A stretch of 64,000 nucleotides of DNA, taken from IMG/VR virus record IMGVR_UViG_3300020472_000016, positions 1 through 64,000 of that record. One strand, 5' to 3'. The notes below the pieces were generated by a model that saw nothing but the letters and a program-made list of their open reading frames with translations, was not told the DNA's origin and did not search any database. Below, in pieces: positions 1 to 10,279 of the stretch. The DNA is from a virus. Both the position numbers and the translations under genes were made by a program. How positions within the stretch are numbered: position 1 is the first letter of the stretch; each line of letters opens with the position of its first letter.

Positions 1-813
1 GGTAACCAGGTTATTAACCCAGTTACAGGTCAGATCACTAACGAAGATATTGCTCAACTTAACGTGTTGGGTGAAGAGGACACCACTATTGAGACCTTCT
101 CTGAGTTGGTTCTTACAGATAAACTAACCGTAATTGGTGGTGCATCTAACCAGTTGGAGTCTGTATTCTCTGGTCCTGTTACTTTCCAGAAGAAAGTTAC
201 ATCCCAGAATGAGATACAGTCCCTTAAGTACACATACTCCAACGATGATGGTACTGTTCTGAAGCAGACATTCCTCGCTGAGGAATTAAATGGTCTACCT
301 GACCTTGCTGGAGGACTAGCATTTAATAATGGTGATATTTGTTATAACATTGATTGGACCCCTGGCAATGCTATGGGATGGATATATGATACTGGCACAT
401 GGTATAAGTTTGGTATAAGTGATAGCACACCTATAGTTTCTAACAGATACTCTGGTGTTACACATTATGGTATCGGCATGGCACCTGATGCTTCTAATCG
501 TATGAAGATTAGTGGCAACACATATCTTGATGGTGATTTAGATGTTACTGGAAAGTATGGTTGTGCAGATAAATATACTTTAGCAACTGGTATTGCTAAC
601 AGTAATACTGGTGTCACATATAATGGTAATGGTGCAACTCAGACGTTTAATATTTCGCCTGGACACACTGCATTCTCACTTTTAGTATTCCTAAATGGTG
701 TTGCTCAAGTTCCTGGTGTGGATTATACAGTCACAGGTAATGCTGTTGACTTTAGTATATCTGCTCCACCTGCAACTGGTGACACGATTCAGATCCGTGA
801 ACTTGTTATTTAA
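1..813 (+). CDS. C-terminal part of a large virion structural/tail-fibre-like protein (5' truncated by window)
   Basis: Frame is open from base 1 (GNQVINPVTG...). Ends in the 'LLVFLNGVAQVPGVDYTV.G..V.F..APP' beta domain that also recurs in the giant gp7-like protein. Confidence 0.7.
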   Translation, partial: GNQVINPVTGQITNEDIAQLNVLGEEDTTIETFSELVLTDKLTVIGGASNQLESVFSGPVTFQKKVTSQNEIQSLKYTYSNDDGTVLKQTFLAEELNGLPDLAGGLAFNNGDICYNIDWTPGNAMGWIYDTGTWYKFGISDSTPIVSNRYSGVTHYGIGMAPDASNRMKISGNTYLDGDLDVTGKYGCADKYTLATGIANSNTGVTYNGNGATQTFNISPGHTAFSLLVFLNGVAQVPGVDYTVTGNAVDFSISAPPATGDTIQIRELVI

Positions 814-832
814 TTTCACGAGCGGTTAAAAA

Positions 833-1690
833 ATGTCAACAAAGATTATAGGTAATCAGATTGATGCTGCGACTAGAGCAATTATAACTGCTCTGACAGT
901 CACAGAACAAGTCAATCTGCCAGAACTTAATCAGACAGCAGTTAATGCCTTAGGTACACCTGCATTTGGTACCTTAATCTTTAACTCTACTGAAGATGAA
1001 GCACAAATCTGGCGACAAGATGTATCTGGTGCACCAGGTTGGGCATCTGTAGGTGGAGGTGGACCTTCTATTGGTGAGAATAGTATAGTACGTACGAATG
1101 GTACTACTATATCAGAGAACTTAACAATAGGTCCCACAGCAAATGGTGGTCCTGAGTTTACAAACGGTTTCTCTGCTGCTCCTATAACTATTGCTAACGG
1201 TTACACAGTCACGATTGAGACTGGTGCTCAATGGACATTGATAGGTGTAGACGAAGATCTAACTTCTACTCGTTTCTTTAACTACGCTGCTATTAATAAT
1301 CAATTAAGATTAGTACCAGGTGCACATTTAGAATTCGGTCAAACAAAAGAAAGATTAATTGCTTTCTCTAAGAGTGGTACTGTTAATTTAGATCATAGTC
1401 AAGCAAACGTATTTGTTACACAGAACCCTACAGGATATAATGGTAACTTTACTATAAACTTTCAGAATGTACCTACATCAGGTGGTTTTGTTTATGCTTC
1501 TACAGTAATGGTTAGACAGGTAAATGGTACTGGTTACGCTAGTAACATACGAATCAATGGTTCTGACCCTCTATTCATGTATTGGAATAATACTAGTAGA
1601 GAGGTTGGTCCAAACTGGGATGTATACCAACTACAGTTCTTCCTAGATGGAGGATGGATAGTAATGGGTATGGAAACCAAGTATGAATAA
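833..1690 (+). CDS. Tail-fibre-associated structural protein
   Basis: 285 aa. 'IVRTNGTTISENLTI...NGFSAAPITIANGYTVTI..GA.W' segment typical of marine phage fibre proteins; fibre-gene context. Confidence 0.55.
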   Translation: MSTKIIGNQIDAATRAIITALTVTEQVNLPELNQTAVNALGTPAFGTLIFNSTEDEAQIWRQDVSGAPGWASVGGGGPSIGENSIVRTNGTTISENLTIGPTANGGPEFTNGFSAAPITIANGYTVTIETGAQWTLIGVDEDLTSTRFFNYAAINNQLRLVPGAHLEFGQTKERLIAFSKSGTVNLDHSQANVFVTQNPTGYNGNFTINFQNVPTSGGFVYASTVMVRQVNGTGYASNIRINGSDPLFMYWNNTSREVGPNWDVYQLQFFLDGGWIVMGMETKYE

Positions 1691-1701
1691 GGAGATTTAC
1701 T

Positions 1702-2655
1702 ATGCCGATTGGAGTTAATAAAGTTGGATTGATGGGTGCTACTGGTGGAGGTGGTGCTGGCGCATCATTGATCCAATCTGCATCAGGTGGTAGTCAATGG
1801 AATGGTACTAATTCTAGACAGGGTGGTATGCCTGTTAGATTCCATAGATTTCAGTCTGGTGGTACTAATGGATTCCAAGTAAACGATATATCAGGTACTG
1901 GTGAAGCACTCTTGTATGTTTGGATGTGGGGTGCTGCTGGTGGTAGAGGAGGACAAGGTGGTAATAATGGTGGATCTGGAGGTGCATCATACTCTGAGAT
2001 CATTACGACTGCTGGTCAATACTGGGTCGCTGCTGTAGGCAGAGGCGGTGGTGGAGGATCAGGATGTCATGGTTGTTGGGGTGCTGGATCTGGAGGAAAT
2101 AATTCTACATCTTATGGTAATGGAGCACTAGGAATGTACCCTGCCTGTGGAGGTTGCTCTGCTGGTGGTGGAGGTGGAGGTGCTGCTTCTATCTTATACA
2201 TAGCAAACACTAACCGAGGAAGTATTCGTCAAGTCGCTGGTGGCGGCGGTGGCGGCGGTGGTCGAGAAGGTTGTGGTGGTGCTGGACATGGTGGTGCTGG
2301 TGGACAAAACGGTGCTGGTGGATCATGTGGTGCAGGTGGCGGTGGTTGCTGTGCACAGTCGTCAACAAATGCTCCTGGTTGTGGAAGACCAGGTGGTGAC
2401 CGCTCTGGTGGCGGTGGAGGAGGCGGCGGTTGGTACGCTGGAAACTGTGGTGGTGCACCAGGATGTGACTGTCATGGAGCAGGTGGAGCAGGAGGTGGAT
2501 CCTCTTGGACTGGATATGATTTCCAAGGTAATTCTGCCATATGGAATGGTAACTATGGAACTGTTGGAAACAGTGGAGAAGGAATAAGAAATGGTGCTGG
2601 ACAGAACAATGGTGGCACTGGTAACATAACTATTGCATACGAGATACAACAATAA
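1702..2655 (+). CDS. Gly/Cys-rich putative fibre-tip adhesin (polyglycine-helix type)
   Basis: 317 aa with many GGGGG runs, 'WMWGAAGGRGG' and 'AAVGRGGGGG' motifs, 12 Cys; GGAG RBS upstream. Confidence 0.6.
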   Translation: MPIGVNKVGLMGATGGGGAGASLIQSASGGSQWNGTNSRQGGMPVRFHRFQSGGTNGFQVNDISGTGEALLYVWMWGAAGGRGGQGGNNGGSGGASYSEIITTAGQYWVAAVGRGGGGGSGCHGCWGAGSGGNNSTSYGNGALGMYPACGGCSAGGGGGGAASILYIANTNRGSIRQVAGGGGGGGGREGCGGAGHGGAGGQNGAGGSCGAGGGGCCAQSSTNAPGCGRPGGDRSGGGGGGGGWYAGNCGGAPGCDCHGAGGAGGGSSWTGYDFQGNSAIWNGNYGTVGNSGEGIRNGAGQNNGGTGNITIAYEIQQ

Positions 2656-3281
2656 TGGCATTTCGAGACGTTAAAGGTGTAGAAGAGATAGTAAAGTGGC
2701 ATATTAATGTCACATTTATTATGGATGAGAAGCGTGTCGAAATCTCCAGAGATCTGGTACACTTTGAGGATATAATATTTGGTTATTATTTTCTAGAGGA
2801 TGGAGTATATGATAGAGAATTTGCTTCTGACTTTCATTATGGTATGACTATTAGTGGAGAGAATGGTGATATACTATTCACTAAAGAGACCAAAGGTCCA
2901 GAGATGTCTGATCAGAAATGCATAGAGGAGTTCGTAGCACATGTACCTCGCTCATGCATTGGAACTACACCATTGTGTACCGTTTGGGCAATTGAGAACG
3001 GTGAGCGTGTAGAAAAAAGTTTTGGGTTACAACTGTCTACAGATGGTGACAACCCACGTGGTGATGGGACTAAGTTTGCAAGGGAAGCACCCAATGTCAT
3101 GACTTACGAACCTATAGATCACTCATTAGCAGAAGCATCTGCTAACAGTAGAGGTGATTACTTCCCAACTGATGAAGAGTGGGCAGCACATCAACAGTGG
3201 ATGCCTGCAACTCCATTAGACAGACCTGTCGATCCTAATGCTGGTAAAGACTTAGGTGACGCTGGTGAGTTGGGTGAATAA
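2655..3281 (+). CDS. Hypothetical acidic protein
   Basis: 208-aa ORF coupled by TAATG to the upstream gene. Confidence 0.6.
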   Translation: MAFRDVKGVEEIVKWHINVTFIMDEKRVEISRDLVHFEDIIFGYYFLEDGVYDREFASDFHYGMTISGENGDILFTKETKGPEMSDQKCIEEFVAHVPRSCIGTTPLCTVWAIENGERVEKSFGLQLSTDGDNPRGDGTKFAREAPNVMTYEPIDHSLAEASANSRGDYFPTDEEWAAHQQWMPATPLDRPVDPNAGKDLGDAGELGE

Positions 3282-3288
3282 ATAAATA
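3277..3288 (+). promoter_or_regulatory. T4-type late promoter (AATAAATA, tandem)
   Basis: Matches the gp55-dependent NATAAATA motif, about 25 nt before ATG 3310. Confidence 0.6.
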
Positions 3289-3309
3289 AGAAGGGGAAGC
3301 AACTAACAA

Positions 3310-4113
3310 ATGACTAGATTAAACGTATCACAAGTAAAAGACCTCGGAGGACAAGGCGGAATGTCGTTCTCTGGTGGTGCTATTACTGCCAACGGTTCCC
3401 TGACTGTACAGCATATCGTTATTAATGGAACGATGTCTGGATCCTCAGGATATATTATTCCATCACAGTCTGGAAAGGGTGGTGATTATCTATATACTAA
3501 TGGATCTACTATCTCATGGGATACAGTTTCCTCTGGTGCTGGTATACCTAATGGTATAGCAGTATATAATGGTAATAGTACATGGAATAAACCATCATGG
3601 TGTAACCGTATATGGGTTAAATGTACTGGTGGTGGAGGAGGAGGTTCAGGATATGGTGAATCTGGTGCTGCTGGAGCACATACTGAATCATTTGTTGACG
3701 TTGCTAACATCAACTCAATTTCCGTCTCAGTAGGCGGTGGTGGCGGGGGAACTAATTACTCAGGTCGTGCTGGTAATGGAGGAACCTCATCATTTGGTAA
3801 CTACTGCTCATCAGGTGGAGGTCAAGGTGCCAATAGAAACCAACAGCACGATGGTGCTTTAGGTGGTAACCCTAACCAAGGATCTGTTAAAGTATATGGT
3901 GGATCGTCTCAAGGACATAGAAACCCTCCAGGTCTAGGACATGGTGGTGACAGTTTCTGGGGTGGATCATCTCCTACTTCACACAGACAACAGCAATGGG
4001 CACAGAGATATCGTGGTCATGCAGCATGGGGTGCAGGAGCATCATCATGCAGAAATCGTGAACGTGGTGGCGATGGTCGTCAAGGCATCATCGTTGTATA
4101 TGAGTTCATGTGA
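3310..4113 (+). CDS. Glycine-rich fibre/adhesin-like protein, paralog 1
   Basis: 267 aa. 'TWNKP...RIWVKCTGGGGGG', 'SVSVGGGGGG', 'GGTSSFG' and C-terminal 'GIIVVYEF', typical of Gly-rich phage tail proteins. Confidence 0.65.
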   Translation: MTRLNVSQVKDLGGQGGMSFSGGAITANGSLTVQHIVINGTMSGSSGYIIPSQSGKGGDYLYTNGSTISWDTVSSGAGIPNGIAVYNGNSTWNKPSWCNRIWVKCTGGGGGGSGYGESGAAGAHTESFVDVANINSISVSVGGGGGGTNYSGRAGNGGTSSFGNYCSSGGGQGANRNQQHDGALGGNPNQGSVKVYGGSSQGHRNPPGLGHGGDSFWGGSSPTSHRQQQWAQRYRGHAAWGAGASSCRNRERGGDGRQGIIVVYEFM

Positions 4114-4117
4114 TTCT

Positions 4118-4125
4118 TATAAATA
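4118..4125 (+). promoter_or_regulatory. T4 late promoter TATAAATA
   Basis: Exact T4 late consensus, followed by AAGGAG RBS and ATG 4150. Confidence 0.8.
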
Positions 4126-4149
4126 ACAAAGAAGGAGACAGAGTAATCA

Positions 4150-4950
4150 ATGAGTACCCTAAAAGTTAGTTCTATACGTGACCTGTCAGGTTCTGGTGGA
4201 TTAGATTTATCCTCAGGATCTATTACCGTGAATGGGACTCTGACCGTTAGTAATATTAGTATTAACGGAACGATCTCTGGATCATCAGCACAGGTTATAC
4301 CCTCAGTCAGTGGACAATCAGGTAAGTATCTGAGCACTGACGGTAATAGCATGTCTTGGGCAACCATACAAGGTGGTGGTGGACCTAAGTCTATTTCAGT
4401 TTATAATGGTGGTTCTACTTGGAACAAACCCTCAGGAGTTAAGAGGATTTGGGTTAAGTGTACTGCTGGAGGCGGTGGTGGATCAGGTTATGGAGAATCT
4501 GGTGCTGCTGGTGCCCACACCGAAAGTATTGTTAATGTAGAAAACATTAACTCCATCTCTGTCTCTGTTGGTGGCGGTGGTGGTGGTAGTAACTACTCTA
4601 ACCGAGCAGGTAATGGTGGTACTTCATCCTTTGGTAACTATTGTTCATCAGGTGGTGGACAGGGTGCTAACAGGAACCAACAACATGAAGGTGCTTTAGG
4701 TGGTAACCCATCTCAAGGATCTGTTAGAGTATATGGTGGTTCTTCACAGGGACACCGCAACCCACCAGGATTAGGTCATGGTGGTACTTCCTTCTGGGGT
4801 GGTTCTTCACCAACATCTCATAGACAGCAACAATGGGCACAAAGATACCGTGGTCATGCTGGTTGGGGTGCAGGTGCTTCATCCTGTAGGAACAGAGAGC
4901 GTGGCGGCGATGGTCGTCAGGGAATTGTAGTAGTTTACGAATTCGAATAA
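4150..4950 (+). CDS. Glycine-rich fibre/adhesin-like protein, paralog 2
   Basis: 266 aa; C-terminal two-thirds nearly identical in protein to 3310..4113. Confidence 0.65.
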   Translation: MSTLKVSSIRDLSGSGGLDLSSGSITVNGTLTVSNISINGTISGSSAQVIPSVSGQSGKYLSTDGNSMSWATIQGGGGPKSISVYNGGSTWNKPSGVKRIWVKCTAGGGGGSGYGESGAAGAHTESIVNVENINSISVSVGGGGGGSNYSNRAGNGGTSSFGNYCSSGGGQGANRNQQHEGALGGNPSQGSVRVYGGSSQGHRNPPGLGHGGTSFWGGSSPTSHRQQQWAQRYRGHAGWGAGASSCRNRERGGDGRQGIVVVYEFE

Positions 4951-4951
4951 A

Positions 4952-5482
4952 ATGAAAAAAGCACTAGTCCGTTGTGACGGATTCATTACAGATCTAGTAG
5001 AACCAGGTGAAGAGTTCGAAGTCTACACTGGTCCTGGATCAGGTCTAAAATGGATTGACATCCCCGATGATGCCAATGATGAATGGAAACTGGAATTGGG
5101 TGAATGGATACCTGATTTTGAGTTCCATAATCCTGCTACTGTAAGAGAAGTTGCTTACGGTGATCCTGGATTGCAATTAAGTATGCTATACTCAGATATA
5201 AAGAACGGAGTATTTGGTGATGCAGCAAAAGAAGGTGAATTCTTTAAGCATATCTCAAATGTCAAAGAGACATGTGAACCTGTCGAGTATGAAGATGTAG
5301 TGGAAGAAGATGAGAAAGGTGAGCAGGTCACTGTTAAGAAGCAAGTACTTCCAGATGCACCATTCCCACATGATGAGAATATGCCTGCATGGTTGACTCC
5401 TACTGAATTAGATGACGAGACTCAAAGAGAATTTAAAATAGGTGTATACGACCCAGATTACAACAAGACTGACGCAAATTAA
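4952..5482 (+). CDS. Putative tail-fibre assembly/chaperone-like protein
   Basis: 176 aa acidic; 'REVAYG..G.QLSMLY.DI...F..HI..VK' motif common after fibre genes in marine phages. Confidence 0.4.
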   Translation: MKKALVRCDGFITDLVEPGEEFEVYTGPGSGLKWIDIPDDANDEWKLELGEWIPDFEFHNPATVREVAYGDPGLQLSMLYSDIKNGVFGDAAKEGEFFKHISNVKETCEPVEYEDVVEEDEKGEQVTVKKQVLPDAPFPHDENMPAWLTPTELDDETQREFKIGVYDPDYNKTDAN

Positions 5483-5499
5483 TTAAATTATTTTTCATT

Positions 5500-7143
5500 A
5501 TGAAAATTCAGAATGTATTGATTGTAGGTGGTGGAACCTCTGGTTGGTTTACTGCTGCCTCTCTCCTTAAATTATGTCCTCATATTAATGTTTCTTTGAT
5601 TGAGAGTGAAGATCATCCCATCATAGGTGTTGGTGAGTCTACTCTTGGACAAATTAATGACTTTTTCCATCTCCTAGAACTCAATGATGATGAGTGGATG
5701 AGGGAAACAGGGTCAACCTATAAGGTAAATATTAGGTTTAACGATTTTTATAAAGAAGGAGAGACTTGGGACTACCCATTTGGTACATCTCATGAGAGAA
5801 TGTATGAGATGCAACATGGGTGGATGTCATGGTTTGCTCTGAATTATCATAAACCAGAGAAGTTCCACCGAGGTACGTTTGCTACTACCTTTAATAGTGT
5901 GGGACATCTTGCTAAGTACAATAAATTAACTTGGCAGGATAGGGTATGGAACCCACAATCTGATAGTGCATACCATATGGATGCTACTAGAATGGGTCAA
6001 TGGTTTAAGAAGAATAGATGTAAGAGTATAGTTGAGAAGGGTAACTATCATACAGGTACAGTTGTAGGTGCAACCAAGGATGAACATGGGTTCATTAAAA
6101 GTGTTGTTACTGATGATGGTAGGCATTTCGAAGCAGATATGTTTGTAGACTGCACTGGGTTTAAGTCTCTATTATTAGAACAAGAACTAGGTGTACCATT
6201 CCATTCATTCCATGCTAATGATGGTGGTTGTCTATTGTCTGATAGAGCAATTGCTACTCACATGCCACATGCTGAGGATGATGAGAGTCCTGATAGTTAT
6301 AGAAAGAGAGAAGTAATTAACACTACTAACTGTACTGCCATTGAGAATGGATGGACATGGGATGTTCCTCTATGGGATAGAGCAGGTGCAGGGTATGTAC
6401 ACTCTAGTGACTTTGCTACAGTAGAAGAGGCAGAAGGTCAGTTATATAATTATCTTCTTAAGACAAGAGGTAAGAAGAGAGCAGATCAAGCAGAGTTTAA
6501 GACTATTCCATTCAGGAGTGGTAAGCATGAGAAATCATGGTATAAGAATGTATGTGCAGTTGGTCTATCTAATGTGTTTGTAGAACCATTGGAAGCAACT
6601 GGTCTCTTGTGTACTCATGAACAGATTCTTAGATTATGTACTGCATTATCATCACGTGAGGGTCTAATCACTAACTCAGAGAAACAGATGGTTAACCTAG
6701 TTTGTGATCTTGAGATCGAAGGGTTTAAGAACTTTGTTGCATCTCACTATGCATTCACTGCACGTGAGTCACCATACTGGAGAGCAGTGTCTGAAGATAT
6801 TGATTACGACTTTACAACAGGATTTAATGATAACCTCTTTGTTAGGTATGCTAGTGAGAAGTATGTTGCCAATGAAGTCATATATAATGGGCAGACGTTC
6901 GATGATCATAACGATGGTCCTCGTTATGTTGCTGCTGGTATGGGATTTAATCCAATATGTAAGCACACATTGGAACTAAATAAGATACACAACCAAACCA
7001 TGACTGACTTAACACCTGAGTCTATGGATGAGGATGAGAAAAGGATTGACGAATGGAATGAAGAGATGTATAATTACTGCATGAGTATTCCAACATCCTA
7101 CGAGTTCCAGAAAAACACTATTTACAAGGAAGATTATGTCTAA
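5500..7143 (+). CDS. prnA: Flavin-dependent tryptophan halogenase family protein (PrnA-like)
   Basis: GGGTSG FAD motif, GVGEST, catalytic-Lys context TYKVNIRF, DCTGF, WxWxxP (GWTWDVPL), FVEPLEATG. Confidence 0.9.
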   Translation: MKIQNVLIVGGGTSGWFTAASLLKLCPHINVSLIESEDHPIIGVGESTLGQINDFFHLLELNDDEWMRETGSTYKVNIRFNDFYKEGETWDYPFGTSHERMYEMQHGWMSWFALNYHKPEKFHRGTFATTFNSVGHLAKYNKLTWQDRVWNPQSDSAYHMDATRMGQWFKKNRCKSIVEKGNYHTGTVVGATKDEHGFIKSVVTDDGRHFEADMFVDCTGFKSLLLEQELGVPFHSFHANDGGCLLSDRAIATHMPHAEDDESPDSYRKREVINTTNCTAIENGWTWDVPLWDRAGAGYVHSSDFATVEEAEGQLYNYLLKTRGKKRADQAEFKTIPFRSGKHEKSWYKNVCAVGLSNVFVEPLEATGLLCTHEQILRLCTALSSREGLITNSEKQMVNLVCDLEIEGFKNFVASHYAFTARESPYWRAVSEDIDYDFTTGFNDNLFVRYASEKYVANEVIYNGQTFDDHNDGPRYVAAGMGFNPICKHTLELNKIHNQTMTDLTPESMDEDEKRIDEWNEEMYNYCMSIPTSYEFQKNTIYKEDYV

Positions 7144-7618
7144 AGAGAATCCATCACTACCTGATTTCGAAGATTTGCCTGAAGTAGATCAGACTGATAC
7201 AGAATTATCTGAATCTGTTGCTACAGTAGAGAGTGAGAAGGAAGCAATCACATCGTTTGATGATCTCTGGATGAATCTTAGATATCAACACAGAGAGAAG
7301 TTTAAGAAATATGCTGACATGCAGTCATCATTGAGTTCTATGTCATTTGATAGGCAAGAGACTCGTATTGACTTTACTGAACTTAATGAACTCAGAGATG
7401 AGATTGTTAAGTTGGAAGGTGGCATGGAGACCATGAACATCCAACGTAGACTACTACGTAATGAGGATCCAGAACCATGGGTAGAGTCAGAGATCAAGAA
7501 GACAAGGATCAAGGTTAGAACAAACTCACCAAACAGTAAGAAAAAAGGCACGGATGCGTATAAGGAATATACTGAATGGCAAGGTACAGATAATCCAGAC
7601 ATGAATAAAACAGTGTAA
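7136..7618 (+). CDS. Hypothetical coiled-coil protein
   Basis: 160-aa ORF overlapping both neighbours. Confidence 0.6.
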   Translation: MSKENPSLPDFEDLPEVDQTDTELSESVATVESEKEAITSFDDLWMNLRYQHREKFKKYADMQSSLSSMSFDRQETRIDFTELNELRDEIVKLEGGMETMNIQRRLLRNEDPEPWVESEIKKTRIKVRTNSPNSKKKGTDAYKEYTEWQGTDNPDMNKTV

Positions 7619-8292
7619 TGCTCAATCTAGATTATGTGTTCCCTCAACCTATATGGTGGACGGATCTTGATATTGATTTAGAAAAACTACAAGAGATTGT
7701 CTACGACATTGCTAAGTCAATGCCTGGTAAAGGCAGATCTAATCGGGGTGAACTGAACTATCAGTCCCCCGATTTCTATGCTGAGAAGGTAATAGCAGAG
7801 CAAGACGATGAGTTTTCACGTCTGCTTACTTTAATTAAAAAGCATGGTCAAGAGGCATTCGATAGTTATGAGGCACAGGTGACTCATCTTGAGTTCGCTA
7901 ATGTATGGATCAACATTAACAACAAGGGTGGTTACAATGAGACACATACACATCCAGGTGCCTTGATGTCTGGTGCATTTTATGTTAAAGTACCAAAGGA
8001 AGGTGATTCAGGTAGTATTGTATTTCATAGGAACCCAATGGAAGCATATACTATACATTCATTGGGATTGGCAGAGGATATGAGTACAGCAGAGGAACTA
8101 CATACCTTTGCTACATGGACATATCCACCTACAGAGAATAGGTTAGTACTATTTCCTGCATGGATGCCACATGGTGTAAGAGAGAATGAAACTGATGAAG
8201 ATCGTATAAGTATTTCTTTTAATCTCATTCCCAATAGGGAACAACGTAATTTCACTGATATTATTAAGTCTCATGCCAGTAGAGAAAATTGA
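7618..8292 (+). CDS. Fe(II)/2OG oxygenase, TIGR02466-like
   Basis: FPQPI start, WININ...HTHP..MSGAFYV, LFPAWMPHGV, RISISFN. Confidence 0.85.
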   Translation: MLNLDYVFPQPIWWTDLDIDLEKLQEIVYDIAKSMPGKGRSNRGELNYQSPDFYAEKVIAEQDDEFSRLLTLIKKHGQEAFDSYEAQVTHLEFANVWININNKGGYNETHTHPGALMSGAFYVKVPKEGDSGSIVFHRNPMEAYTIHSLGLAEDMSTAEELHTFATWTYPPTENRLVLFPAWMPHGVRENETDEDRISISFNLIPNREQRNFTDIIKSHASREN

Positions 8293-9067
8293 TAACGCAT
8301 ACTATGCCGATAATAATACAGGTGTAGATATAAATGGTGATAGGATCGATGTACATCGTAATTTCCACTCAGTTGGCATGGAAACAGTTAATGTGTTTCC
8401 CACACCAATATGTACAGGGAAAATAGTCCCAACTGACACACAGTACCATGATGCAAATGTATTTTTGGATGGTCTATGGGATGAAGCAAAGCGTGGTGCA
8501 TGGGCAGCAGAGACGGGACTATCAACGGGTGAGTTAGAGCATGGACAAGAATTATATGAGAATCCTGTATTTGATTGGTTGACCATGCCTATGTTGACAG
8601 CAGTCAAGGAATACTGGATCGACGTGGTGCAATATCGTAGGGACTATCACATGTATATTGATAGCATGTGGGCAAACCTTCATGATGAAGGAGACACAAC
8701 GGGTGAGCATTCACATGTTAACGGGTATTGTAAGTCACATGTGTCATGTGTTTATTACTTGACCAAGGGGTCACAGGGTGGTGAGATTTGTTTTAAAAAT
8801 CCATTAGAGTATATTCATAGACTATGCCCACTTGATGCAGCATATGATTCAGTGGACAGACATAGTGGACCAATGTATGACTGGCACATGCTACAACCAA
8901 GACAGTTTGAGTATGTTATATTCCCATCATGGTTACCTCATAAGACTAGACCTAATGGTCCTGATGAACGAATTGCTATCAGTATGAACTTCAGTGGATT
9001 TCCACTCGACCCAACTCACGGTGATTTTGGTCATGTTGATGATTTGGAAGGAGAGCATTGTTCATGA
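8273..9067 (+). CDS. Fe(II)/2OG oxygenase, TIGR02466-like
   Basis: FPTPI, WAN...HSH, SCVYY, IFPSWLPH, RIAISMN. Confidence 0.85.
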   Translation: MPVEKIDNAYYADNNTGVDINGDRIDVHRNFHSVGMETVNVFPTPICTGKIVPTDTQYHDANVFLDGLWDEAKRGAWAAETGLSTGELEHGQELYENPVFDWLTMPMLTAVKEYWIDVVQYRRDYHMYIDSMWANLHDEGDTTGEHSHVNGYCKSHVSCVYYLTKGSQGGEICFKNPLEYIHRLCPLDAAYDSVDRHSGPMYDWHMLQPRQFEYVIFPSWLPHKTRPNGPDERIAISMNFSGFPLDPTHGDFGHVDDLEGEHCS

Positions 9068-9768
9068 AGTCCTTGATGATGCCATTTCTCAATCCTGAGT
9101 CATTTTATACTGATGATACACCACGTATTTTTCGTGATTGTCTCAAGGATCCATCACAATATGTTACATGGAGTGATGTTGAGAAATGTATGAACAACCC
9201 ATGGCATTTTAGATGCTGCCTACTGAACCCTGATGGACGTAGGTTAGAACTCACTCAACGATTTGAGGTATGGTATGAGAATCAGTTCCCACTTAAAGAG
9301 GAATTATTCCAAGGTATTGATGAAGGACTGACATTTACTATAGAACAGTATGGTCATTACAATCCAGCAGTAGATAATTTACTAGAAAATATAGAGGCAA
9401 GGTACGATTGTAACTGTGATGCACATATATTTGGCAATGCTAAACCTAATGGTGTGTCATTTGGTGCACATTGGGATATTCCTCCTAATTTAATTTGTCA
9501 GATAGAGGGTACAACACGTTGGCAGGTATTTAAAAATAGATGTTCTAGCATGATTAAGATGACAGACAATCCATACCTACCAGATAAGCATGATGAGGTG
9601 TTGGATGTGGCAATTGATGACACTCTTAATCCAGGTGATGTGTTATACATCCCATCAAGGACATATCATAAACCACATCCAGGTGATAAGAGACTGAGCA
9701 TGAGTATACCAATGTCATTCCCACGTGACACTGATAGTGATAGGAGACAGTATGCAATTAACTTCTAG
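9064..9768 (+). CDS. JmjC/cupin-4-like Fe(II)/2OG oxygenase
   Basis: SFGAHWD...QIEG.TRW, L.PGDVLYIP...YH, RLSMS. ATG 9064 chosen (ATGA overlap). Confidence 0.8.
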   Translation: MKSLMMPFLNPESFYTDDTPRIFRDCLKDPSQYVTWSDVEKCMNNPWHFRCCLLNPDGRRLELTQRFEVWYENQFPLKEELFQGIDEGLTFTIEQYGHYNPAVDNLLENIEARYDCNCDAHIFGNAKPNGVSFGAHWDIPPNLICQIEGTTRWQVFKNRCSSMIKMTDNPYLPDKHDEVLDVAIDDTLNPGDVLYIPSRTYHKPHPGDKRLSMSIPMSFPRDTDSDRRQYAINF

Positions 9769-10279
9769 TTATCCATTACCTCAACCAGTGGTGGATCAAT
9801 TGGATGAGATATGTACATCTACCACCTTCCCATGGTATTTTCTCAAGGACACTACATTCCTTGATGAACCATCCAAGTATAATAATCAGACAAGTTTCTC
9901 ACATGTACTGATGATGGACTATGAGGTGGTGAGTCATGAGTATCCATACTTTGAGAGTGCACTCAAGATAATATCACAACAAGCAGGTCAACCATTCACA
10001 GACATATATCGTGCACGTCTTGGATTATTATATCCTGATGGTAAGGCACATCATACACCACACATAGATTTTGAGTTTCCACATACTGTAGCATTATATT
10101 ATGTGAATGATGGTGATGGTGATACTCATTTCTTTGAGAACAGCATGACTATCAACAAGGCAACACCATCTAAAGGTCGAATGATAGTATTTGATGGACT
10201 GCGTAAGCATGCATCATCTAGTCCTACTGAAGGAGTGAGAATAGCACTGAATGTTAATTACAAACCCAGAGTTTCTTAA
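9752..10279 (+). CDS. Fe(II)/2OG oxygenase (cyanophage FPWY type)
   Basis: FPWY, PHID (HxD), LYYVNDGDGDT, FDG..KHASS.P...RI.LN. Confidence 0.85.
   Translation: MQLTSSYPLPQPVVDQLDEICTSTTFPWYFLKDTTFLDEPSKYNNQTSFSHVLMMDYEVVSHEYPYFESALKIISQQAGQPFTDIYRARLGLLYPDGKAHHTPHIDFEFPHTVALYYVNDGDGDTHFFENSMTINKATPSKGRMIVFDGLRKHASSSPTEGVRIALNVNYKPRVS

Noticed and set aside
2210-2458. His-rich minus-strand ORF and the many other minus-strand or alternate-frame ORFs in the track
   Set aside because: Shadows of GGT/GGA-rich and other + strand coding sequence; no RBS or promoter support.
3310-4950. Diversity-generating retroelement TR/VR pair
   Set aside because: Both copies are full genes, differences are mostly synonymous rather than adenine-specific, and there is no reverse transcriptase in the window.
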